From an uncultured Acidimicrobiales bacterium (GTDB taxonomy: Bacteria; Actinomycetota; Acidimicrobiia; Acidimicrobiales; SHLQ01), in the NCBI GenBank assembly GCA_964562985.1, contig CAZLWE010000004.1, positions 17,338-81,337 on the forward strand: a stretch of 64,000 nt of DNA, written 5' to 3'. The notes under the pieces are model-generated. The model was not told where the DNA came from, did not search any database, and saw only the letters and a program-made list of their open reading frames with translations. The position numbers were made by a program, and so were the translations under genes. Shown piece by piece: positions 1 to 10,375 of the stretch. Position 1 is the first letter of the stretch. Each line of letters starts with the position of its first letter.

Positions 1-410
1 ACGACACGCTCTTCGATCACGAACTCGAGCTGCCAACGACCACGATCGACCCCGACCGAAACTTTGGCGGTCAGAAATTCGTGTGGCATCGCAAGGACGA
101 AACCGCGTGGGAGCCAGCTCGATTCGACGGTTTCGAGGTTCAGGTCTCGAACATCGCTGCGGCAACCGACGGGTTAGCTGACATGCGCATCCTTCGGCCC
201 GGCACGAGCGATCGATTGGCCGCGGACGCCGACAACGCTGAGTTCCACTTTCTGTTCGTGCTCAACGGAACAGCGCAAGTCGGCATCGGCCCCGACGAGG
301 CGTTCGAAGCGGTCGAAGGCGACGCAGTGACGTTGGCTCCGAGCGACGCGTGGAGCCTCTCCGAGGCATCTGAGGACCTTCGAATCCTCGCAATCCGCCT
401 ACCGGGGTAG
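1..410 (+). CDS. cupin domain protein (5' end possibly outside window)
   Basis: The frame is open from the window edge to the stop at 408-410. GTG at 81 is the first in-window start. The beta-barrel-like pattern FHFLFVLNGTAQV...GDAVTLAP fits a single cupin fold. Confidence 0.55.
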   Translation, partial: DTLFDHELELPTTTIDPDRNFGGQKFVWHRKDETAWEPARFDGFEVQVSNIAAATDGLADMRILRPGTSDRLAADADNAEFHFLFVLNGTAQVGIGPDEAFEAVEGDAVTLAPSDAWSLSEASEDLRILAIRLPG

Positions 411-420
411 GCCCGTCACG

Positions 421-1560
421 ATGGGCGATCACCAAGTACGGCACGTCGATGTTGCAGTAGTCGGGGGCGGTATCGCTGGAGTCAGCGCAGCAGCAGCCAT
501 CGCGCCAACGCACTCGGTCGTTCTGCTCGAACAGGAGTCGGAGCTCGCCTATCACACCACCTCGCGGTCGGCGGCCGTCTACGTCGAGAACGAGGGAGGC
601 CCGATCTTTCATCGGCTGTCTACGGCCAGCCGCCCATTCTTCGATGCCGAACATGTGGTTGAGGGCCTACCAACTCGCTACGTCGAACCAATGCCCGTCC
701 TCGCGGTCGGCAACGAGTCGAACCGCCAAGAGATCATCGACCGTTCCCGGGCCGGCCAAGAGGTGACGCCATCGATTCGGATCCTGGAAGGCGACGAGCT
801 TCTCACCCACTGCCCCATCATCGACCCAGCCTCGGTCACGATCGGCATGCTCGAACCGACTGCGGGATCGATCGATGTGATGGGAGTCCACCAACACTTC
901 CTTCGCAACGCCCGACGTGATGGGGGGCAGGTTCTGCGCTCAGCAAAGGTGCAGTCGGGTGAGCGGCGCGGCGGTCGCTGGTATCTCGAAACCGCTGCGG
1001 GAACGATCGACGCCGAGGTGGTGGTCAATGCGGCGGGCGCGTGGGGTGATGTCGTTGCGTCGTCATGTGGAGTGCAGCCTGTCGGATTACAACCGAAGCG
1101 GCGCACAGCGTTCACAGCTCGAAGTTCCGTCGATCCGACCGGGTGGCCTTTCATCTATTCGTCGATCCCTGGGCTCGAGTGTTATTTCAAGGCAGAGGCC
1201 GGATCACAGCTGTTGTGTTCATTGAGCGATGAGCAGGACTCCGAACCCTGCGATGCTCGACCAGAAGAACTCGATATCGCATTGGCGATCGAGCGGATCA
1301 ACACCATCTCCACGTTGGATCTGCGCTCGGTAACGACCACCTGGGCCGGACTTCGCACCTTTGCATCGGACCGAAATCCGATCTTCGGATGGGACGACAG
1401 CGCAGACGGCTTCTTGTGGATGGTTGGACAGGGAGGTTGCGGCATCGTGACGGCGCCAGCCGCCGGAGAGGTCGCTGGAGCACTGGTCCGTGGCGAGTCG
1501 CTCCCGAGCTCGGTGACCGACCTGGGTCTTACCGCCGAAGCGCTGGCACCAAGGCGCTAG
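421..1560 (+). CDS. FAD-dependent oxidoreductase (DAO / glycine-oxidase-like family)
   Basis: ATG at 421. N-terminal dinucleotide-binding motif VAVVGGGIAGVSAA. Size (379 aa) and the C-terminal GQGGCGI segment are typical of DAO-family flavoproteins. Confidence 0.8.
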   Translation: MGDHQVRHVDVAVVGGGIAGVSAAAAIAPTHSVVLLEQESELAYHTTSRSAAVYVENEGGPIFHRLSTASRPFFDAEHVVEGLPTRYVEPMPVLAVGNESNRQEIIDRSRAGQEVTPSIRILEGDELLTHCPIIDPASVTIGMLEPTAGSIDVMGVHQHFLRNARRDGGQVLRSAKVQSGERRGGRWYLETAAGTIDAEVVVNAAGAWGDVVASSCGVQPVGLQPKRRTAFTARSSVDPTGWPFIYSSIPGLECYFKAEAGSQLLCSLSDEQDSEPCDARPEELDIALAIERINTISTLDLRSVTTTWAGLRTFASDRNPIFGWDDSADGFLWMVGQGGCGIVTAPAAGEVAGALVRGESLPSSVTDLGLTAEALAPRR

Positions 1561-3326
1561 CTCGCCGCGACTGGCGAGAAATGGGAGGCGACAAAATGGT
1601 CCGGCCCTCGTCGCACCAACGTCACGGGGTCGCCGGGTTCGTGCGAGCGGCCATCGAGTTGCCAGAACTCTTCCGCATCTCCATCAACGCTCGCGAGCGC
1701 GTCGGCTCCCTCCAAGCCGGGAACCGCGGCGAGTAGACGCTTGGTATAGGGGTGCTCGGCTCGTTCGAAGATCGAGTCAGTATCACCAATCTCGACGACT
1801 TGTCCGTAGTACATCACCATCACGCGATCGGCGATATTGCGGATCACAGCAAGGTCGTGTGAGATGAACAACATGGTGAGTTCGTGCTCGGCTTTCAGCT
1901 CTTCGAGCAGTTCAAGTACCTGTGCTTGCACCGAAACATCGAGCGCAGAGACCGGCTCGTCGCAAATCAACACACTCGGATCGACCGCCAAGGCCCGAGC
2001 GATACTGATTCGCTGACACTGGCCACCAGAGAACTCAAATGGCTTGCGGCCTCTATGCCGAGGGTCAATACCGACCTGTTCGAGAAGCGACACGAGTCGT
2101 TCATCGGTCCACTTGTCTTGCGTAGCCCAGATTTCAACGCCTTCTTTGATGATGTCCCAAACAGAGCGGCGCGGGTTCAGCGCCGACACCGGGTCCTGGA
2201 AGATCAGCTGGAGGTCGGTGCGGAGTTTTCGTAGGCTGTCTTTGTCGAGCGAAGCCAAGTCGGTTCCGTCGTAGCGAATCGTTCCCGATGTTGGTGCAGG
2301 GATTTGCATGATCGACTTCGCCGTTGTCGACTTGCCACAACCCGACTCCCCCACGATCCCGAGCGTCTCCCCTGCCAATACGTCGAAGGACACATCGTCG
2401 ACGGCGCGGAAGGTCGATCGCGTCGGGCCGGGATAGTCAACAACGAGGTGCTCCACCCGGATCTTGGCATCAGCACCTCGCAGATGGGCGAGTTGATCGT
2501 CTTCCACTTCGGATTCGTCGACGGGACCACGGCCACGGGATTTGGTGATATCAGGCATCGCATCGCGTAGCGACAACGTGTACGGGTGACGGTCATCATC
2601 GAACAGATTCGCTGTTGAGACGGTCTCCATCGTGTCGCCGCGGAACATCACCACAACGTCATCGGTCCGGTCGCTGACCACTCCAAGATCGTGGGTTATC
2701 AAGATCAGGGCCATCTCAAGGTCGCGGCGAAGGCCATCGAGAAGATCGAGGATCTCGCACTGGACCGTGACGTCGAGTGCGGTCGTCGGCTCGTCGGCGA
2801 TAAGCAACTTCGGATTGTTCGCCAGTGCCATCGCAATGACGACTCGCTGGCGCATACCACCGGACAACTCGTGGGGATATTGGCGGGCTCGCCCCTTGGG
2901 ATCTGGGAGGCGAACGAGGTCGAGCAGTTCGTGTGCTCGTGCGGTGGCAGCCGAGCCTGACATCCCCTGATGAAACCTCATCCCCTCAGTGAGCTGATCG
3001 ACGATCCGTTTCACCGGGTTTAGCGAGGTCATCGGGTTCTGAAAAACCATTGCGATGTCGACGCCGTAGAAATGCTTCAGGCGGCTCCGGTCCATCGAAG
3101 CGATCGACGCACCGTCGAAGCGGATATCCCCCGTTACCTCCGCCGTAGACGGCAGCAGATCCATCACGGCTTTCATGGAGACCGACTTGCCAGAACCCGA
3201 CTCCCCCACGATCCCGAGCGCCGCACCCGGTTCGACTACCAACGAGAGGTTCTTCACCGCGTGCACATCACCGGCCGGCGTATCGAAGGTGACCGACAGA
3301 TCGTCGATCTCGAGAAGCGAAGCCAT
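1557..3326 (-). CDS. fused oligopeptide/dipeptide-type ABC transporter ATP-binding protein (two ATPase domains)
   Basis: Two Walker A motifs ([16 protein letters not shown]) and two ABC signatures ([16 protein letters not shown]). Its start abuts the stop of the upstream permease gene. Confidence 0.9.
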   Translation of the reverse strand: MASLLEIDDLSVTFDTPAGDVHAVKNLSLVVEPGAALGIVGESGSGKSVSMKAVMDLLPSTAEVTGDIRFDGASIASMDRSRLKHFYGVDIAMVFQNPMTSLNPVKRIVDQLTEGMRFHQGMSGSAATARAHELLDLVRLPDPKGRARQYPHELSGGMRQRVVIAMALANNPKLLIADEPTTALDVTVQCEILDLLDGLRRDLEMALILITHDLGVVSDRTDDVVVMFRGDTMETVSTANLFDDDRHPYTLSLRDAMPDITKSRGRGPVDESEVEDDQLAHLRGADAKIRVEHLVVDYPGPTRSTFRAVDDVSFDVLAGETLGIVGESGCGKSTTAKSIMQIPAPTSGTIRYDGTDLASLDKDSLRKLRTDLQLIFQDPVSALNPRRSVWDIIKEGVEIWATQDKWTDERLVSLLEQVGIDPRHRGRKPFEFSGGQCQRISIARALAVDPSVLICDEPVSALDVSVQAQVLELLEELKAEHELTMLFISHDLAVIRNIADRVMVMYYGQVVEIGDTDSIFERAEHPYTKRLLAAVPGLEGADALASVDGDAEEFWQLDGRSHEPGDPVTLVRRGPDHFVASHFSPVAAS

Positions 3327-4213
3327 CAGAAATTGAGTTCTTTGGTGTCGAAGACTTCACGCAGACGATCGCCTGCGTAGTTGAGCGCCAGCACGGTCAA
3401 GAAGACGAGGCCGATCGGGAACAGCGCGGCGTGTGGACCCTCTTGGAGATTGCGAGTCGCGCTCGCCTCTGCGATCTGGTTGCCCCAACTCTCGGCCCCG
3501 CTCACCGAGATGCCGAGGAAGGCCAATGTCCCTTCGGCCACGATCGCGATGCCCATACCAAGCAGAGCAAGTGCCGACATCGGGATGACGACGTTCGGAA
3601 AGATCTCGCGGGTCAGGATCCGCCAATGGCTTGCGCCGAGAACTCGGGCCGCGGTCACGAACTCGCGCTCGGCAAATACCAGCGTTTGCGCCCGTGCGAG
3701 CCTTCCTACTGGAGCGGTCGCCAGGATGCCCAGTGAGATCGAAACCCAAAAAACTGTGCGGCCCAGAATTGTGGTGATGAGGATGGCGAGGATCAATGCG
3801 GGAAACGACAGAAGCGTCGCAAAAAGGAACGACACGAACTGATCTAGCCGACCGCGGAAGTAGCCGGCCGCAATACCGATGGGGCCGCCAAACACGAAGC
3901 CGACCACGATCGCGATAAACCCCACGAGTAGCGAGATTCGTGATCCCCAAATGGTGATCGAGAAGACGTCGCGACCCAGGATGTCTGCGCCAAACCACAG
4001 CCCAGGCCGGGGCCCTTCGAACTGTCCGCCGACCGCGGTCGCTCCGGGGTCCTCGATCGGCAGCACCGGCGCTAGTAGCGCGAGCACGACCATCAAAAGC
4101 ACGAACCCCGCGCTGAGCCAGAAGCCAAACCCGAGTCGCCGGGCAATGGAGGGGGCGTCGGTGGATGCTTCCGCGTCGACCGAGGGGGCTGTGGGGGTGG
4201 AGGCACTAGCCAT
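3326..4213 (-). CDS. ABC transporter permease (DppC/OppC-like)
   Basis: Multi-TM protein of the BPD_transp_1 type, sitting in the operon between the second permease and the ATPase. Overlaps the neighbouring gene by 8 nt. Confidence 0.85.
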   Translation of the reverse strand: MASASTPTAPSVDAEASTDAPSIARRLGFGFWLSAGFVLLMVVLALLAPVLPIEDPGATAVGGQFEGPRPGLWFGADILGRDVFSITIWGSRISLLVGFIAIVVGFVFGGPIGIAAGYFRGRLDQFVSFLFATLLSFPALILAILITTILGRTVFWVSISLGILATAPVGRLARAQTLVFAEREFVTAARVLGASHWRILTREIFPNVVIPMSALALLGMGIAIVAEGTLAFLGISVSGAESWGNQIAEASATRNLQEGPHAALFPIGLVFLTVLALNYAGDRLREVFDTKELNF

Positions 4214-5168
4214 TGGCTTGCACTCGCGGGTCGAGGAACGAATACAGCAAGTCGACGAGGAAGTTCACAACCACGAAGACGACCGACACCACGACGACAA
4301 TCGCCAGCACCACCGGGAAGTCATCGCCGAATATGGCCTCGATGATCGTGAACCCAAGGCCGGGAACGGTGAAGTACTGCTCGACAACGATCGAACCGCC
4401 GATCAGCGCACCCGTCTGAATGCCGAAGACGGTCAGCATTGAGAAGAGCGACGGGCGCAATGCATGCCTGAAGAGCACATGTCGTGATGGCATTCCCTTC
4501 GCCTTGGCGACCGAAATGAAGTCTTCCTGCAAGGTTGCGATCAGGTCTGTTCGGAGGAGTCGTTGGTAGGTGGCGATCAGCGGAACCGAAAGCACCAGCG
4601 CGGGAAGCGAGAGCGACCAAAGCTGAGAAGGGAAGGTGCTGTCGTCATATCGCGTCGGGAAAACGTCGAGTCGGACGGCAAACAGCCAGAATAGGATCAC
4701 CGATAGCGCAAAGACGGGCAGACCGAGTAGTGCGAACGAAACCACCGTCGATGCCTTATCGACGAAGCGGTTCGCCTTAGACGCGCTCCACACGGCCCAC
4801 GGGATCGAGATCACCACCGCAATCAGTTGGGCCATGACCATGAGCAGCGCGGTAACTGGCACACGCTGGGCAAGGATCGACGAGACCGTGGTTCCGTTCG
4901 CAATGCTGCGCCCGAAGTCGCCCTGCACCAGATTGGTTAACCAGAGTCCATAGCGAACGATGAAGGGCTGGTCTAGGTGAAAAGCCTCTTGGGCGTCAGC
5001 GATCGAGGCTTGATCTCGTTCGCTAAGAGTCGCCGGGTCGGCCTCAGCGATTGGACCGACGATCAGAAAGAGCGGGTCGCCAAGGAAGTTGAGTGCACTG
5101 AACGCGAGGAAGGTCACAGCGATAACAACCAGCACCATCTGCAACATTCGAGAGATTACAAAGCCCAT
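4206..5168 (-). CDS. ABC transporter permease (DppB/OppB-like)
   Basis: 320-aa hydrophobic protein with an N-terminus typical of DppB/OppB (MLQMVLVVIAVTFLAF..). Operon context supports the call. Confidence 0.85.
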   Translation of the reverse strand: MGFVISRMLQMVLVVIAVTFLAFSALNFLGDPLFLIVGPIAEADPATLSERDQASIADAQEAFHLDQPFIVRYGLWLTNLVQGDFGRSIANGTTVSSILAQRVPVTALLMVMAQLIAVVISIPWAVWSASKANRFVDKASTVVSFALLGLPVFALSVILFWLFAVRLDVFPTRYDDSTFPSQLWSLSLPALVLSVPLIATYQRLLRTDLIATLQEDFISVAKAKGMPSRHVLFRHALRPSLFSMLTVFGIQTGALIGGSIVVEQYFTVPGLGFTIIEAIFGDDFPVVLAIVVVVSVVFVVVNFLVDLLYSFLDPRVQANG

Positions 5169-5189
5169 CGCCGAGCAAGTCTCGCGGAA

Positions 5190-6929
5190 TTAGTTGGTGA
5201 GGAACAACTGTGGCAATCGGATGACACCACCGTTTTGGCACGGCAGTGCGACGCCATCAGGGGTTGTAGCGTCGCAGACTCCTCCGACCGCTGGGTCGGC
5301 GCCGATCACCCAGTTGGTGTGATTGATGACGATGTACTGGAAGCTGTCGCGGAGGTTCTCTTGGATTTGGGTCCAGATCTCGTAGCGCTCATCGAAGTCG
5401 GTCGTGAGTCGTTGTTGTTGGAACAACGCGTCGCGCTCTTCGTTGCAGTTGCGCGAGAAGTTCACCGACAAGGCGCCGATCGTGGAGCACGAGAGGAACG
5501 TGGAGTCGACCTCGGGGTCCGAGAAGCCGTGGTAGCGCCACGTGGCGACGTCGTAGAGACCGAGGGTGACCTGCTGGATGTGCTGGTCATTGGGCACCAC
5601 GTCGAGGGTGATGTTGAAGAAGTCAGACCATGGATCCCCAACGAAGGCCACGATCTCGTCGAGCGCCGCACTGATGTCGTGCTGCAACTCGATGTCGACC
5701 CGTCCGTCGGTGCACTGGTCGGGAACGTCGGCGCAGTAGGCCTCGATCAGTGGCCCGGCGATCTCTGGGCGATCGTCGGGCTGTTCGATCCCGGGCACGT
5801 GCCATGGGGTTTCGACCGACCAAAGTGTTTCTGCCTCGAGGCCGGTCTCGCCAACGAGGAAGTCGACGTAGCTGGCCTTGGGGAATGCTGCGGTTGCGGC
5901 CTCACGGACACGAATGTCGTCGAATGGTGCGACACCAGCGTTCAACAAGAAGGTGAACTCCTCGCCACTGTTGTCCTCGATCCGGGTGATCAAATCACCT
6001 TCGTCACGAAGCGACAGCACACCTGCGGCATCGGTGGTGTGGGTGATCTCGACATCGCCGCTCAACAACTGATCGGTGCGAGCTGAGCCCTGGGGAACGG
6101 GGAAGAATTCGAATCGGTCGATGATCCCGGGCTCTCCCCAGTAGTTCGGGTTACGCACGAGCACGGTCTCTTGATCCTGGGCTCGACTTTCGATCATGTA
6201 CGGACCAGCGCCGACCGGCAACTGATCGAGCGATGGGTCAGCGTCGCGTGCGTCGAGCCACGCTGGGGAGCCGACCATGCCGACCTGCTCAGCGAAGAAG
6301 AAGGGCAGGTTTGCATTGGGCGAACTACCACGAAGACGGAAGCTGAGTTCGTCGATCCGTTCGATTGGCATGTCGGCATCGAACGCTGGCCGGAAAACCA
6401 ACGACACGAGCGGATCACCGAGGAACGCCTCCAAGTTTCGAATCACTGCGTCTGCGTTGAGCGGCGTTCCGTCGCTGAAAAAGATGCCCTCGCGCAAGGT
6501 GACATCCCACGAAGAGAAGTCATCGGAAGGAGTCCACGACTCGGTCAGGTTGTTGTGCCACTGACCGTCGGCGTCGACAACGACCAGAGTGTCGAAGATT
6601 GCCGTGCCGAGCAGGATCGGCGCCCGGTTGAACGGCGTATTGGTGGGATTGAGGGATCCGGCCTCGGTTTGGAGGGCCATGCGGATGGTTCCGCCTTGTT
6701 GAACCTCATCAACTTCATCGGCACTTGCGACATCGCTACCATCGGCGCTTTCGTCGGCGCCGGTGTTGGCGTCGGCAGCTGAGTCAGCCGCTCCGCCTTC
6801 CGCGGCAGCATCTTGCTCCGCGGCCAAGCCTCCAGAGTCGCCATCCGTCGACCCTCCACCGCACGCCGTAGCGAACAGAGCGAGTCCCATAAGGACGGCG
6901 AATAATCGGACAAGGCGAAATTCAGACAC
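5190..6929 (-). CDS. ABC transporter substrate-binding lipoprotein, family 5 (peptide/nickel type)
   Basis: Lipobox LFATACGG, followed by an acidic low-complexity linker and then a family-5 SBP body. I prefer GTG at 6929 (GGGAGGA 5 nt upstream) over the TTG at 6986 in the ORF track. Confidence 0.85.
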   Translation of the reverse strand: MSEFRLVRLFAVLMGLALFATACGGGSTDGDSGGLAAEQDAAAEGGAADSAADANTGADESADGSDVASADEVDEVQQGGTIRMALQTEAGSLNPTNTPFNRAPILLGTAIFDTLVVVDADGQWHNNLTESWTPSDDFSSWDVTLREGIFFSDGTPLNADAVIRNLEAFLGDPLVSLVFRPAFDADMPIERIDELSFRLRGSSPNANLPFFFAEQVGMVGSPAWLDARDADPSLDQLPVGAGPYMIESRAQDQETVLVRNPNYWGEPGIIDRFEFFPVPQGSARTDQLLSGDVEITHTTDAAGVLSLRDEGDLITRIEDNSGEEFTFLLNAGVAPFDDIRVREAATAAFPKASYVDFLVGETGLEAETLWSVETPWHVPGIEQPDDRPEIAGPLIEAYCADVPDQCTDGRVDIELQHDISAALDEIVAFVGDPWSDFFNITLDVVPNDQHIQQVTLGLYDVATWRYHGFSDPEVDSTFLSCSTIGALSVNFSRNCNEERDALFQQQRLTTDFDERYEIWTQIQENLRDSFQYIVINHTNWVIGADPAVGGVCDATTPDGVALPCQNGGVIRLPQLFLTN

Positions 6930-7086
6930 AGGTTCCTCCCCCAACGGAGATCTTGCTATGTGCTCGTGCCCCGCCCGCCCGAACAAACCGATCGGAAATT
7001 AGAAGGCGAGCTTAGCCGTCCTGCTCAGACTGAGCGAGGCGAGGCAGAAGACCCGCTCCAAGCGTTCACCCAGCCAACGACCGCAA

Positions 7087-7947
7087 CTACTCGCTCGAAG
7101 ATCCATTGCGGCCAAACAACCAGCGCAGGATGAGCAACAGCGCGAAGACCCCCGCCGCTGGAGCCGCCCGCTTTGCCAAGGCGCTTCCGACACCGATGTC
7201 GCCAAGATCGAGCACGTCGTCATCATCGGAAGAGCTCGATGGCGAGAAGGTGGATGTGGGAGTCGGTGCTGGTGCCGGCGCCGAGGCAGGGGTCGCGTCT
7301 GTCGTGGTGGCCGCAGTACCGGCCGCCGTTGCCGCGGTACCGGTCGCTGTCGCCGCTGCCGCAGTACCGGCCGCCGCTGCCGCAACACCGGTCGCTGCCG
7401 CTGGTGCCGCCGGAGCCGCTGCGTCTGCAACCGCATCTTGGACCGTTGCGTCCGCTGGCGCGGTGATTGTCGTGGCCGGGACCGGCTCAGCCAGAGCAGC
7501 CTTCGTTTCAGCGATCTTGGTTTCCAAGCACTCGGCGAACTGTCCGAGCAACTTGCTCGACACGTCTTGCATGACACCGCGCCCAAATTGGGCGACCTTG
7601 CCGGAGATTTTGAGATCGGTGATGATGTCGACTTGGGTGGCCGTTCCGACGGGGACCATCTGCGCGGTGATCAACGCCTGGGCATTGCCTGCGCCGCGTG
7701 TGTCACGGCCTTTGCCGTTGATCACCGCTTTGTAGGTCGTCTCGTCCTTCTCGACGAACTCCGCGGAGCCTTTGTACTCCGCTGTTACCGGACCGACCTT
7801 GATTTTGATCCCACCCGAGTACACGCCGTCGACCTCGTCGGTCAACTTTGCGCCGGGGAGACACGGCGCAATGAACGGGATATCGGTTAGCAGTTCCCAC
7901 GCCTTTTCGATGGGTTCATCAACGGTGAATGAGTTCGTGATTTCCAT
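7087..7947 (-). CDS. CoxG/SRPBCC-family protein with Ala/Thr-rich linker and C-terminal TM anchor
   Basis: The N-terminal ~150 aa match the CoxG pattern (MEITNSF..IEKAWELLTDI..PCLPGAKL..GKVAQFG). The rest is a low-complexity A/T/P tract, an acidic DDDD stretch and a hydrophobic tail. Confidence 0.75.
   Translation of the reverse strand: MEITNSFTVDEPIEKAWELLTDIPFIAPCLPGAKLTDEVDGVYSGGIKIKVGPVTAEYKGSAEFVEKDETTYKAVINGKGRDTRGAGNAQALITAQMVPVGTATQVDIITDLKISGKVAQFGRGVMQDVSSKLLGQFAECLETKIAETKAALAEPVPATTITAPADATVQDAVADAAAPAAPAAATGVAAAAAGTAAAATATGTAATAAGTAATTTDATPASAPAPAPTPTSTFSPSSSSDDDDVLDLGDIGVGSALAKRAAPAAGVFALLLILRWLFGRNGSSSE
7310..7405. repeat. 48-bp tandem duplication inside the CoxG-like linker
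   Basis: Unit 7310-7357 (gccgcagtaccggccgccgttgccgcggtaccggtcgctgtcgccgct) is repeated at 7358-7405 with a few substitutions. It encodes the Ala/Thr/Gly tract. Confidence 0.8.
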
Positions 7948-8018
7948 ACTTCAACGGTAGCCGACGAGTGTTACAAAGGACACACCGTTCAGCGTCGCGG
8001 TGGGAGCCGAACCTTCGT

Positions 8019-8618
8019 CTAGTACCGGTTCAGGAACGAAACGATGTCACCCAGCGAATGTGCGGCCTCTGGGAGCTCATCGTAGAACTCAAACACGTGC
8101 CAAAGCCCCCGCCACACGTTGCACTCGACATCAATACCGGCACGCCACAGCTGGTTCGCCAGGCGAATCGACGGCTCCATCAACAGGTCACGGCTGCCCG
8201 TCGTGATGATGGTCGGCGCCAGACCGTCCATCGATCCAAGCCCAGGAGACACCTGCGGATCGTCGAGCGAAAAGGCTCCCGGATAGACCGACGCGAGGTC
8301 GAGCATCTGTTGATAGCACAGCGACGGATCCTGGTCGATCATTGTGCCGAACAGCTCGCGATCGGTGCGTATGTCAGCGGCCGGCGAGAGCAGGGCGATG
8401 GCGCTTGGCACGCGAACGCCCTCCTGGACGGCGCGCTGAGCGGTGAGTAAGGCCAGGTTGCCGCCGGCGGATTCACCAGCCAGCCGAGCGGCTCGTCGTC
8501 GGGGACATAGCTGTTGCGTTTTGCGAGAGCTTCGGGACTCGGACCGCCATCGTTCGTCATCGTGAGTCCGTGGAGGTGTGCATGTTCCTAATCTGGACGA
8601 GCGGCCGCGACTCTGCAA
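8019..8618 (-). pseudogene. alpha/beta-hydrolase (esterase/lipase, fold-3 type) C-terminal remnant, probably truncated
   Basis: The C-terminal ~150 aa carry the nucleophile elbow GESAGG plus downstream Asp and His regions (GSRDLL, WHVFEF). The ~50 aa upstream are Arg-rich and look out of frame, and a second frame (8339-8560) reads more protein-like. No oxyanion HGGG block is present, and trmL occupies the space where the N-terminus should be. Confidence 0.5.
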
Positions 8619-8642
8619 AATGGGGCGCGATAGCGTGAGGGC

Positions 8643-9161
8643 GTGCAGTTACACATCGCGCTCGTCGCACCGGAGATCGCGCCGAACACGGGCAACATCA
8701 TCCGGCTTTGCGCGAACCTCGGAGCGAAACTTCACCTCGTCGAGCCACTCGGTTTCACCCTCGACGATCGTCAGCTCAAGCGTGGTGGCCTCGATTATCA
8801 CGAGCTCACCGACATCGCGGTGCACGCCAGCTTTAGTGATCTGGTCGGCGTGCTCGAGGGGCACCGGATGTTCACCTTCGGGTCGAGACATACACAGCGC
8901 TACGACACCGTGTCGTTCGAGGATGGTGATGTGTTGGTGTTCGGCGCCGAGCGTCAGGGTCTCTCGCCCGATGTGGCAGCGAGCGTTCCCGACGAGCAGC
9001 AACTGGCAATACCTATGCGACCCGAGAACCGGTCGCTCAATCTTGCGAACGCAGTGTCGGTCGTGGCCTACGAAGCCTGGAGACAACATGGGTTTGCTGG
9101 AGCTGGCCCGATGGGCGCGACCACCGGTGAGACCCCCGGCGCTGCAGCCTTCGATACGTGA
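8643..9161 (+). CDS. trmL: tRNA (cytidine/uridine-2'-O)-methyltransferase TrmL (SpoU family)
   Basis: N-terminus HIALVAPEIAPNTGNIIRLCANLGAKLHLVEPLGF closely matches the TrmL signature. Length is 172 aa and the start is GTG. Confidence 0.9.
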   Translation: MQLHIALVAPEIAPNTGNIIRLCANLGAKLHLVEPLGFTLDDRQLKRGGLDYHELTDIAVHASFSDLVGVLEGHRMFTFGSRHTQRYDTVSFEDGDVLVFGAERQGLSPDVAASVPDEQQLAIPMRPENRSLNLANAVSVVAYEAWRQHGFAGAGPMGATTGETPGAAAFDT

Positions 9162-9170
9162 CCAATCACC

Positions 9171-9905
9171 CTACTTGAGGTTGATGCCCTGGCCCTCGAG
9201 GTAGGGCTGCATGTGTGGTCTACTCTCTTTGCCGAGCAGGCCCGACATGTCCGCGCTCCAGGTGCGATCGACTTCGCCATTGGTGCGTTCGAGATAGTAG
9301 GCCCGCATCTGTTCGTCGTAGCTCTCGATGCCCGAGCGATCGTGGGTCTCGTCGTAGGTTTCGTCTTTCAAGGTCACCGACAACGGAAGCCGAGGCTTGA
9401 GTGCCGGATCTTGATCTGGATGTCCGAGACACATGCCGAAGAGCGGGACAACCTGCTCAGGAAGTTGCAGAAGCTCGGTCATCTTGGCTGGATCGTTTCG
9501 GATGCCTCCGATGTAGCAGATGCCGAGGCCGAGCGACTCCGCCGCCACGACCGCACTTTGCGCCGCGATCGCGCAATCGGTGGCAGCGATGATGAAGTGT
9601 TCAGTCATTCCCGAGTGGAACGCGCCGCCAGCCATCTCGCAGGCAACCGACGACCGGTGTAGGTCGGCGCACCACACGAGGAACACCGCAGCGCTCTCCA
9701 CATAGGACTGCCCGCCCGCGAGTTCGGCGATCGCTGCGCGGGTTGCCTCGCTTCGCACCCGTATGACCGTCGCGCCTTGGAGGTTCGACGACGTAGCTGA
9801 GGCGAGACCGGCCGAGACGATTTGTTCGACCGTCTCGTCATCGATCGGTTCTTCGGTGAACTTCCGGATCGAGCGGTGACTACGAAGCAGTTCGATGACA
9901 TCCAT
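9171..9905 (-). CDS. NfsA/Frp-family NADPH-dependent nitroreductase / flavin reductase
   Basis: N-terminal LLRSHRSIRKF motif. The 244-aa size and overall pattern match the oxygen-insensitive NfsA family. Confidence 0.8.
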   Translation of the reverse strand: MDVIELLRSHRSIRKFTEEPIDDETVEQIVSAGLASATSSNLQGATVIRVRSEATRAAIAELAGGQSYVESAAVFLVWCADLHRSSVACEMAGGAFHSGMTEHFIIAATDCAIAAQSAVVAAESLGLGICYIGGIRNDPAKMTELLQLPEQVVPLFGMCLGHPDQDPALKPRLPLSVTLKDETYDETHDRSGIESYDEQMRAYYLERTNGEVDRTWSADMSGLLGKESRPHMQPYLEGQGINLK

Positions 9906-9931
9906 GCCCGCAGGCTAGATGTCCTTTGCCG

Positions 9932-10288
9932 TTACCCGCCGACAAAACCTGCCAGGGCCACGAGCGAACCCGCCTCGTCAGCCTCAACAAAATAGGTGCC
10001 GAGCTGAGCCATTTTCTCACCGTCGGGGCCAGGACCCCCAAAGCTCACAATGGCCTTGGCGTACCCATTGACCTCGTCGACAGAGTTGACCACCGCAGTC
10101 CAACCTGGAGCATTCGCTGCGAATTGGCCGACGTACTCACTGATCGCGTCTACCCCGACCAGACGACCACCACTTCGTGGGTCTGAATAAGTAGCTGTCT
10201 CGCCAAGTGCACCTCGAATGGTCGCGGTTCGAGAACCCGCATCCGTGTGACTCCACGCCGCGAAGAATCGTTCTATCTCTACCTGCAT
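9932..10288 (-). CDS. NTF2/SnoaL-like small protein
   Basis: ATG at 10288 has GAGGGGG upstream. About 118 aa, with an FFAAWS start typical of SnoaL/NTF2-like folds. Function unknown. Confidence 0.45.
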   Translation of the reverse strand: MQVEIERFFAAWSHTDAGSRTATIRGALGETATYSDPRSGGRLVGVDAISEYVGQFAANAPGWTAVVNSVDEVNGYAKAIVSFGGPGPDGEKMAQLGTYFVEADEAGSLVALAGFVGG

Positions 10289-10375
10289 AGTTCCCCCTCG
10301 GGTCAGAGCCCGCCAGTGACACGCCGCAGCGTACGCCAACCGGCTACCGTAGCGCTACGCCGAAGGAGGCCCGAA

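Noticed and set aside
4977-6086. 369-aa ORF on the plus strand
   Set aside because: It is entirely antisense to the family-5 SBP and permease genes, which have clear motifs. Its composition is that of a high-GC shadow ORF.
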